Assembly (NCBI GenBank): GCA_029838215.1
Contig: JALGVI010000064.1
Location: 1 to 15,780 of the forward strand
Origin: Candidatus Helarchaeota archaeon
GTDB taxonomy: Archaea > Asgardarchaeota > Lokiarchaeia > Helarchaeales > RDOG01
Length of the DNA stretch: 15,780 nt
Direction: 5' to 3'
Below, in pieces: positions 12,401 through 15,780 of this stretch; positions within the stretch are counted from its first letter, which is position 1; every line of letters begins with the position of its first letter. The position numbers and the translations under genes are program-made. Under the pieces are notes generated by a model, which saw only the letters and a program-made list of their open reading frames with translations, did no database searches and was not told the origin of the DNA.

Positions 12401-15246
12401 GTAAGTATGTCATAACTCTTTATTGCAACGAATCTTTGCCATTCCATGACGGACTTTACATGCTCTTCAGGGTCAACGGAACGCACCTTCGAGGAAATAC
12501 CATGGTGGAAGAACATGCTGAAGTAAGTGCAACAATCAAAATCCGAATTCGATTACATACAACAGGTGCAACAATGGATCCCGATTATCAGATTGCAGGA
12601 GAAAATATCGTTCCCAATCGACCGGGAGACGGTGTTTTTGATGCTCCATTTGACGGAAATATCACCTATGGTGAAGATTTCAACGTCTCCGTATTCTGGT
12701 TTGACATGAATCATTCATTATTGCAGGTTCCTGGAAAAAGAAACCAGACAGGAGTTCCGCTTGCAGCATTTGCAAATATTACGTGCGATGGACTATTTGG
12801 TATAAATGGCTTATCATCACTTGAGGGTCTGTACTACGTGCACAATCTTTACAATGAAATGAGCGGCTCGGCGTATCAATCAAACTATACAGGTGTCTAT
12901 AATTTTGAGATCAAGACAAGTCTAATGCATAATTATTATCCGTATATTGACTTGGTGAACGGAGGACCTAATGGAGATGGACGTTACAATCTAACGATCA
13001 ATCTATGGTTCATGAGTGAAGAAGGCATATTCGAAACTGAATATAACTATTCGAGCGTCACTTTTGAAATTAAGATTCACCGAATAAATACGACTCTCGA
13101 GTTCCAAGATATTTCGTATCAAGGTGTTGTTTCAACTGGAGGTTCTCCATACGTGCCGTTCGGCATTCCTGGAACTAACTTCTATTTCAACATGAAACTT
13201 AACTATACTTTTACAGAAAGCGGTGTAGGATATTCTTCTGGAGATCCGATCTCTTACGCTGAATCTTGGAGCCTTTACTTCTACAATAGCTCAGGCCAAT
13301 TGGAAGAGTGGCAACTTGCAAAAGCACGTTATGAACCTGGAACTCCTCAGATAATAAGAATTTATACCGACACGGTAGACACGACAGATCATGTTAAGCT
13401 TCCCTGGAATGATACTGGTTACAAGAACGTAACTTTACGGGTGAGATTAAACAAGACAAACTATAGAGTTGGAGAACTTAACGTATCCATTTTCTTATTC
13501 AAGCATAATACTAGCATTGTCTGGTTACCAAACGCCGAAAATAACGATTTCTTCACGCAAACTTATAACTACGATGAAATACTAAGGTACAGAGAACTGG
13601 AGCTCATATACTTCAAGTATATTGATGAAACTGCTGTGGCACTTAATCTTGAAATCAAATCAATAACTGGTGGTTCTGTCTGGAATAACTGGTCTGCGCC
13701 AATTTCAGAAACGAGCATCTCGGGTATCTACTTAATGAATCTGAGTGCTAGCGTTGATGTATCTTCAGTTCCATATTACTTTGAGGTTTGGGCAAACGAT
13801 ACCGATCCCGTTTCCTATCGAAATGTAACTAGTGTAACATGGCGCTTCAATTGTACACCTGCCAATACCGAATTAGGGGATATTTCTTGGAATGCTCCTC
13901 TCAGTGGTCCGACAATATATCAATTATTCCAACAAATTATCTTTTCCGGAACGTTCTATAACGAGTGGGGTGAACCACTAACGGGAACCATTAATTACGT
14001 GATTCAAAGTAAAGATACTGGCACTGTCGTATCGGCGGGATCAATTCCGTGTGTCAATGGCAATTTTGACATGAATTTACTGTCTGCTTTGGTTGGCTTT
14101 GGTTCATTTAACATAATTCTAACAGGAGATGCGGGATCAAACTATAACACTCAAAGCATTACGGTTCAGATAACGATCTATCCAATCTGGTCACATCCTG
14201 TATTTATCGTATCAATGATTGGTGTTGCGGCCATCGCAGGATTTGTGACTTATCGTCAAGTCAAATGGATGATGACACCATACGTCGTCAAGCAAATGAT
14301 CAAGACTAGGAAATCCATCCGGAAAGGCAAAGAAATCAAGCCATCTAAAGTAGTACGGGATCGAAGTAAGCTTTTCATGGATGAGTTCAAGGAAGAGTGG
14401 GCATACCTCAACCTGAAGGCTCCTGAAATGGTGTCCAATGAAATCGTTGAACTTGCAAGACAATTGAGTGACATCAAGCGAATGCGGGTTACCACGGCTG
14501 AAGCAAAGCAATTAATGGACGATCTACAAAATATGGGTCTCACTCAGGCAGATTCATATCTTGAAAGCACAATGATGATTCCACCCGATGCAAGGCGTCA
14601 AATCCTGACGACGGTTGGCCTGATCAAGGAAGAAAAACCAGAAATTGTAGCATTCCGAGAACTCATCTCCGAGATAAAAGCCGAAGAACACACATATGAT
14701 GAGGCAGAAGATCTCTACAACAAGTTGAAATCTATGAAAATAATGGACGCTGATAATTATCTCTGGAAAGTCGAATTGATTCCTGCGGAAGACAGGATTC
14801 GAATTTTAGATCAAGCTGGTTTTGCTGTTGAAAAACTCCGAAAGAAACGAAAGAAAGCAATTCCACCCATGAGCGTGCGCGAAATTAAAGCAGAACTGAA
14901 AACAATACCTGGCTTGAAGCTGGAAGACCGACAAGAGTTAGTACAGCAACTCAAACAGCTTGACTTCAAGAGTCAAAAGAAGAAACTGGACGAGATAAAG
15001 AAGAGAAAAGTCAAGGTTGTAACACCACAGGTCGAAGAAAAAGCCGTAGAGACACCAAAAGAAGAAATGCAAAAACCCGAAATTGCACCAATGACCATGG
15101 AAGAAATAGATAAAGCATTGAACGAAATTAAAGGTCTTTCCGATGAAGACAAGAACCTGCTGAAAGATAGCATTTCCATCCTCTCTCCAGAAGAGCAACG
15201 AAAGACCATCGAGAACCTGAGGAAGCAATATTCCTCAAATTCCTAA
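355..15246 (+). CDS. Giant (4963 aa) membrane-anchored surface glycoprotein/adhesin-like protein with Ig-like repeats and a cytoplasmic tail
   Basis: Uninterrupted ORF. Basic n-region MKKWKIK plus hydrophobic aa ~9-31. Beta-rich T/N/Y/I/S ectodomain of repeated ~110-aa modules with abundant N-x-S/T. TM helix at aa ~4616-4633 followed by a basic stretch and a K/E-rich helical tail. Confidence 0.95.
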   Translation: MKKWKIKTIALFFIIFLTIGPFAALIIPIVLQNLPIFNSYYMGTPIPPGSDLSMFSKSQAGSEEMDSYTGSDSGIKLTEYALNSTITNDITVGTDSATVYVNTGDSWTGQQVHSTIDTVRETGQWIPNNNFASSGSGWTFVDTPPNTYAQNDIISRYNNTVDATGDSSGSYEIVVNGSSGQFPDQISLTNNNGELQSSGGELTGDWTRSTWGDAVSPWVSTTSVSGHAGADGDSAYQYRQSSASGSGGEVSHEGGASWRQIIDLYPAAGAVDSLDITRIRINYAVSLRIQLTRGGIFSGSCSSIGSARFWIKFGPGDDSSDLFTVVFEQFSEDNQNSYDSWVDFDTYIDISTAILTGYTKCQIEFGLDYLTYAKSVLWSDCSATVTGYAGEVTCQIDYDENIEAGNIAYAQRPSGENLQNREIVDLDFGMQYRGARFTGATDYYPFVQLVDSGGTASQKWRLVIDGTTDILNLDSNTVSSFQDVTTLSISDMKNWLNSRILAGYDGNFEIRVGIDFPYVDLPQDTELYYYFDDIELNLTLSVKPETVNLRLMDGATPHSYSGSIGSGSVTFTSSYSSSPTFNFATNSSYTVTMNCYLELNQTKTRYLDYNFTAPYGSDYSKVQWWVENPVSSSHVANLYDYEFLISVPNDWIPFKLVKPSSPADTFSLSTNVSNYYYVIDNGATNNSVSVFPGVTNYVSGTPQTGTYQISFLSDNTINQASLGSSIYYLSENTIMNIDTEPNTLGTYSSMIWRIYDENDTAVIESVHNHSQVAGSADFTDNSWTIPSSLSYVGKMRYDVTWNNSIAGSAVTKVGIANVTFQVHVHTTSQVDVEAMQSDYVLDGNIFLQPQYLRFLGNWSTVEGSEKVSGGNMYLNYTDSNGAAQNYTYNTEYDTGNYSVEFNTLLMEGGNQTVQLIFTKKYFEPQVKSLTINQTVDVIYNVITPIDVLGDARYAEVYYTNNYNASLRLYDRYNLSEPITNASAVTISIQNIYNPTDNGIFTHDPTDSERNLWYYEINTNQGRNYLYYEVTIQVDYGDGIPYEINQFNITIKVVWEETIIWWTQAAVTPKGTDGSFYIYAKNATDEMFLEDAEIYLTNITEVSNPIPMTESTHFRVDAEPGDLRYKITVFSNDTNTWPIDTYLLKVEVNKTNHFNHTTQIPYTVRRVTTAATYDPIGLTTFRNPLNITFYYKNIDAGEAGIPGATVQITGSLNENFVEGKNVTIHDEGDGSYTVEINTENCTFNTVYKFNVSISKTDFVTQNLTNITFSFRETDTMLDVDGSTSKLIAIDNNKEFNLTFWYIDIKEAVTIENETGTDNVTLSFDWYTRGSPTEDWTLNSTVNGRTTIIEEDYAGGQNNPWVFSINATGFNISLTYLIAVNASKHGYETAFLNVSVALRKSSSRIGLINPSPTVYNEPVEFYVSYTDELGISVLDPSNFYNVSWRPEGASTWTEIVNSSTTWNWAYANSTPDLSEGDELKIWFNTSCIPFPDTSVGYHYINVSISQGEYEPQSTYFRLYVNPIDAQVFYDPPPIVGIGDWSSFNVYYKDTRNDEFINASIPSPVYIQVDMNDTEAGIQGTEGSDYLVSWLPNSAAYNVSINTSYWNVAGIKNLQIHANWSGAPYYSNQSVSLNILVRNTTSELSYIPYDSIPYGENMHGFKIRFTDLDLQVPIDLNNEPSARILLNNGTEYDITSYLDSSFEDNYNNITFIQTDNLAIGNHILNITVTVDNYNTATRLIPITIRPHYTYLSVSRPYLTPYGDNATVELYWEDLDYNTGINVTNPADFDLSFELGASDWLDDPQKAWWEYGSSNGYYYITVNTSQLGSYGEQDFTVTLNYLGTPMQYQNATSNTTISTRERYTQIYYDLPPIVGIGDWSIFNIYYKDTATGDYINDTIPTPVNIIVDLNDSASGMQGVSGTDYIVAWLPDQAAYNISIDTGYWSQPGIKDIRIFANWSGTPFYDNVSVPISFNVREISSEFTYVPYGSIPFGENMHGFKIRFTDLDSGTPINLATKPTAQVLLNNGTEYDITSTLDSSFDNQYNNITYIQTDNLAIGEHTLNITIVIDNYTTASREIPITIRAHYTYLAVTRPPLTAYGENATVELYWEDLDYNVGINVTDSNDLDLSFILGAEDWLDDPQKAWWEYGSSDGQYSITVNTSQLSEYGDANFQVVLNYIGTNLEYENSTLNTTVSTRERYTQLIYEAPPIVGVGEWCSFNIYYRDIDEDVYINNSLGGQLNILIDLNTSQSGMQGTLGVDYTVQWLPALAAYNVSIDSDYYGGSGTFPVIIYANWTGTPYYDNATVQVNVNIREIASELSYIPYGSIPYHENIYGLKIRFTNLDNGQPIDLNNEPSARIYLNNGTEYDITSYMDSSFENQYNNITYIQTDTLLIGDYTLNITITVDNYVTAERLIPITIRQHYTFLSVSRPPTTPFSDNATCEVTWTDLDYNVGINVTNPFYIKFEMILDSEDWLNDSQKAWWEYGPSDGMYYITVNTSQFSTYGDYNFQVIVSFYGPNAEYQNATMNTTVSTRERYTQLFYDLPPVVGIGDWTSFNVYYKDTSTGDFINSTIPSPLNITVDLNDTMAGIQGVNGTDYLVFWLPNQAAYNVSINTSYWSDTGVKAIRIYANWSGSPFYENSSVPISLNVRAISSEFYYIPYGSIPYGENMHGFYISFTDLDHNIAINLNNEPSTQIILNNGSEYDITSFLDSSFVNDYNNITFIQTDNLEIGDHFLNITIIVDNYMVASRQIPITIRAHYTHLSVSRPPLTAFGENAQIELFWEDLDNGAGINVTTQSDLDLELYYGAEDWLNDPQKAWWEYGSSNGYYYITVNTSQFSTFGDANFQVNLNFIGTHYEYDNATLNTTVSTRERYTQLSYTAPPIVGIGDTTTFNIYYKDIDGDVYVNSSLGGSFNIVIDLNDSASGMQGVAGTDYTITWIPSLAAYEISINTSYWSETGTKDIRVFANWTGSPHYDNATVAITLNVRAIASDFSYVPYDSIPYGDNIHGFKIRFTNLDTGQPVNLNNEPSARILLNNGTEYDITSYLDGSFVDNYNNITFIQTDNLEIGEYTLNITIVIDNFQTASRLIPITIREHYTYLAVTRPPLTAYSDQAVIELFWQDLDYNVGINVTDPTDIDLSLMLGASDWLDDPQKAWWTYGSSNGYYYITVNTSQLSGVGDTNFEVRLNYIGTHLEYQNSSLNTTVSTRARYTQLYNDAPPIVGIGDWSIFSIYYKDIDAGQLINSSLWGALNIFIDLNVSEAGMQGVNGTDYLIEWLPDSASYNVSINTGYWTEAGAMNIRIYANWTGNPHYSNATVPTTINVRYITSELSYIPYGSIPYGDNIEGFQIRFTNIDNGSIVNLYTEPTVTIYVNGTNMTSYLDSSFVDNYNNITFIQTDNLEVGVHYLNITVTVENHATATRIIQITVREHYTYLSASRPPIIAFGNNATVELEWLDLDTNEGINVTNPINFTLAFVLNSEDWLAAGKAWWTYGETNGSYLLTVNTSELSGIGDFAFQARLNYIGTHEEYQNATANTTITTRQRSTLLTHDPYGTPYYGEELQISLNYYDLDDPVESMKSIMDSSTQFDFFGQPGVYEVDSRTIRVVTNEFITQDRLSAHQLIVGLNWTGTSPYYSNQTLNISITCRQIETYRTVFIGNDTAGATETESFSGWPWGAPINFTITFINIDDAAHPAINDSNINVTADGIYADPSNYQVLGWDGSNFVQQYTSTNGTFKISLNTTVANNNELYRFNITLFNSTDPDEPHKNQTFQILVSFRKPVTVLVMEYVPGVYVPWGTNATILAEYQNVEAGNVAISGADVNITVTEILEDGEAVHVKYGFPTLEAYLAHWNWSVDNNVTIVEFLDGSTPKYNITFDTTWCNNTQWSITIQANKTEVSDATSYVTLYIRDILTNLNLISSSAFVVRTDELDRDYEHSDWRNGTKYFNMTVRFTDLDAAAPGYIASNTSDPRYENIQFFYYDYYTGEYSEGVSPDDTDYSVWGMKDLNWHGNFTVNFIGDGKYVITLYCNESLPFHDGLYMLFRVNGTHLRGNTMVEEHAEVSATIKIRIRLHTTGATMDPDYQIAGENIVPNRPGDGVFDAPFDGNITYGEDFNVSVFWFDMNHSLLQVPGKRNQTGVPLAAFANITCDGLFGINGLSSLEGLYYVHNLYNEMSGSAYQSNYTGVYNFEIKTSLMHNYYPYIDLVNGGPNGDGRYNLTINLWFMSEEGIFETEYNYSSVTFEIKIHRINTTLEFQDISYQGVVSTGGSPYVPFGIPGTNFYFNMKLNYTFTESGVGYSSGDPISYAESWSLYFYNSSGQLEEWQLAKARYEPGTPQIIRIYTDTVDTTDHVKLPWNDTGYKNVTLRVRLNKTNYRVGELNVSIFLFKHNTSIVWLPNAENNDFFTQTYNYDEILRYRELELIYFKYIDETAVALNLEIKSITGGSVWNNWSAPISETSISGIYLMNLSASVDVSSVPYYFEVWANDTDPVSYRNVTSVTWRFNCTPANTELGDISWNAPLSGPTIYQLFQQIIFSGTFYNEWGEPLTGTINYVIQSKDTGTVVSAGSIPCVNGNFDMNLLSALVGFGSFNIILTGDAGSNYNTQSITVQITIYPIWSHPVFIVSMIGVAAIAGFVTYRQVKWMMTPYVVKQMIKTRKSIRKGKEIKPSKVVRDRSKLFMDEFKEEWAYLNLKAPEMVSNEIVELARQLSDIKRMRVTTAEAKQLMDDLQNMGLTQADSYLESTMMIPPDARRQILTTVGLIKEEKPEIVAFRELISEIKAEEHTYDEAEDLYNKLKSMKIMDADNYLWKVELIPAEDRIRILDQAGFAVEKLRKKRKKAIPPMSVREIKAELKTIPGLKLEDRQELVQQLKQLDFKSQKKKLDEIKKRKVKVVTPQVEEKAVETPKEEMQKPEIAPMTMEEIDKALNEIKGLSDEDKNLLKDSISILSPEEQRKTIENLRKQYSSNS
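727..1971 (+). other. N-terminal tip region with putative galactose-binding-like/CBM-like jelly-roll domains
   Basis: Starts with NNNF-x6-W (aa 128-138) and ends with YYYFDDIEL (aa ~528-536). These resemble the first- and last-strand motifs of CBM4/9-type jelly rolls. Motif resemblance only, no search run. Confidence 0.45.
4933..10986 (+). repeat. Six tandem intragenic repeats of 1011 bp (337 aa); each has three Ig-like modules, A (116 aa), B (107 aa) and C (114 aa)
   Basis: Equivalent positions at 4933, 5944, 6955, 7966, 8977 and 9988, exactly 1011 apart. Unit 6 is 12 bp shorter and ends at 10986. Recurrent motifs include PP(I/V)VG(I/V)G, PY(G/D)SIP, YNNIT(F/Y)IQTD and KAWW(E/T)YG. Confidence 0.97.
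14200..14253 (+). other. C-terminal transmembrane helix (VFIVSMIGVAAIAGFVTY)
   Basis: 18 uncharged hydrophobic residues followed by RQVKW...KTRKSIRKGK, consistent with the positive-inside rule. Confidence 0.9.
14440..14820 (+). repeat. Two ~60-aa helical repeats (X1, X2) in the cytoplasmic tail
   Basis: X1 at 14440-14619 and X2 at 14641-14820, 201 nt apart with no gaps. Shared pattern EIV-x6-S(D/E)IK...T-x2-EA..L...L..M...AD.YL...IP...R..IL...G. Confidence 0.85.
14866..15228 (+). repeat. Two 47-aa helical repeats (Y1, Y2) in the cytoplasmic tail, separated by a P/E/K-rich linker
   Basis: Y1 at 14866-15006 (PMSVREIKAELKTIPGLKLEDRQEL...) and Y2 at 15088-15228 (PMTMEEIDKALNEIKGLSDEDKNLL...). 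Shared pattern PM(S/T)..EI...L..I.GL..ED...L...L....Q.K. Confidence 0.85.
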
Positions 15247-15252
15247 CTTTTT

Positions 15253-15259
15253 GAGGTGA
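15253..15259 (+). promoter_or_regulatory. Shine-Dalgarno sequence GAGGTGA
   Basis: Strong match to the archaeal SD consensus GGAGGTGA, 5 nt before the ATG at 15265. Confidence 0.8.
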
Positions 15260-15264
15260 AATGA

Positions 15265-15780
15265 ATGACGATTTATGGAATGGCAGTCATGAAATGGGAT
15301 AAAAAATACGGGATGCGCGTCGAGGCGCAATACCCCGAGAGCCTCGAAATAGACGACGTGACCACGAAGCAGATCTACACGAACCACGAATTCGAAGAAG
15401 AGCCGGGCTTCCTTGCCATCAGCATAGGCGAGTTGAATCTTGCCAGTTACTACACGGGAACCGAGACCGAGTACTACGTGTGCGTGATGCTTTCCACCGA
15501 TGAGCTTCCCGAACGATACGAAGACATTCTCTCCGACGTCGTGCGACAGATAATGGCGAGCATTAAAGGGCGCCGCTACCGTTCATTCCTGCCCGTGTAC
15601 TTCAGCAACATTGCCAACTACCCGAAGATGAGCATGGAACAGAGGCTGGCGCTGGTCCTTTTAGATCCCATCAAGAAGATGGTGATCGACAGGCTGATCG
15701 AAGACGGCAACGTTTCAAAAGCCGAGTTGACGGCATGGATCAAGGACAGGTTCGCCTTTGACTATCTCGACATTGATTCC
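15265..15780 (+). CDS. Partial gene (172 aa visible, runs off the window): putative Asgard-type longin/uDENN-like protein
   Basis: Translates as MTIYGMAVMKWDKKYGMRVEAQYPESLEIDDVTTKQIYTNHEFEEEPGFLAISIGELNLASYYTGTETEYYVCVMLSTDELPERYEDILSDVVRQIM...LIEDGNVSKAELTAWIKDRFAFDYLDIDS. It has a strong SD and high GC3. The N-terminus (hydrophobic strand, WD..YG, YP, helix, three strands, helix) matches the uDENN/longin topology I recall from Lokiarchaeia proteins. The CDS is secure (~0.9); the family call is from recall. Confidence 0.7.
   Translation, partial: MTIYGMAVMKWDKKYGMRVEAQYPESLEIDDVTTKQIYTNHEFEEEPGFLAISIGELNLASYYTGTETEYYVCVMLSTDELPERYEDILSDVVRQIMASIKGRRYRSFLPVYFSNIANYPKMSMEQRLALVLLDPIKKMVIDRLIEDGNVSKAELTAWIKDRFAFDYLDIDS

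Noticed and set aside
13662-13693. Short direct repeat AATAACTGGT twice
   Set aside because: It is only 10 bp, occurs in different frames, and is expected by chance in 15 kb of AT-rich sequence.
1469-15228. Many 60-156 aa alternative-frame and antisense ORFs inside the giant gene
   Set aside because: These are expected shadows of a long ORF with biased codons. None has a recognisable domain, and they are not conserved across the 1011-bp repeat units.
355-15246. Calling the protein a true integrin, cadherin or S-layer protein
   Set aside because: No beta-propeller FG-GAP, cadherin DxNDN/LDRE or known S-layer signatures were recognised. The similarity is architectural only.
15261-15302. 13-aa ORF (MNDDLWNGSHEMG) from the first ATG of ATGAATG
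   Set aside because: Its ATG is only 1 nt from the SD, too close for efficient initiation. The ATG at 15265 has good spacing and opens the long frame.

Overview
The window is almost entirely one 14.9-kb gene (355..15246, 4963 aa) for a giant membrane-anchored surface protein. Its parts, in order: an N-terminal signal or anchor helix; a Cys-containing, jelly-roll/lectin-like tip; a neck; about 32 Ig-like beta-sandwich modules (manual count), 18 of them arranged as six tandem 337-aa (1011-bp) A-B-C repeats; one TM helix; and a 330-aa charged helical cytoplasmic tail built from two pairs of internal repeats. Two genes are missing from the ORF track because they are cut by the window edges: the 3' end of an unidentified gene (2..118), and a gene starting 18 nt after the giant gene behind a GAGGTGA Shine-Dalgarno (15265..>15780). 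The downstream protein resembles Asgard longin/uDENN-like proteins. Dense N-glycosylation sequons, oligo-T terminator tracts, the SD type and the recalled protein families point to an archaeon, probably Lokiarchaeia-like Asgard (inference). The best candidate for a new system is a giant adhesin-like receptor with a structured cytoplasmic tail, probably co-transcribed with a longin/uDENN-like protein. No RNA genes, CRISPR arrays or mobile elements were seen.
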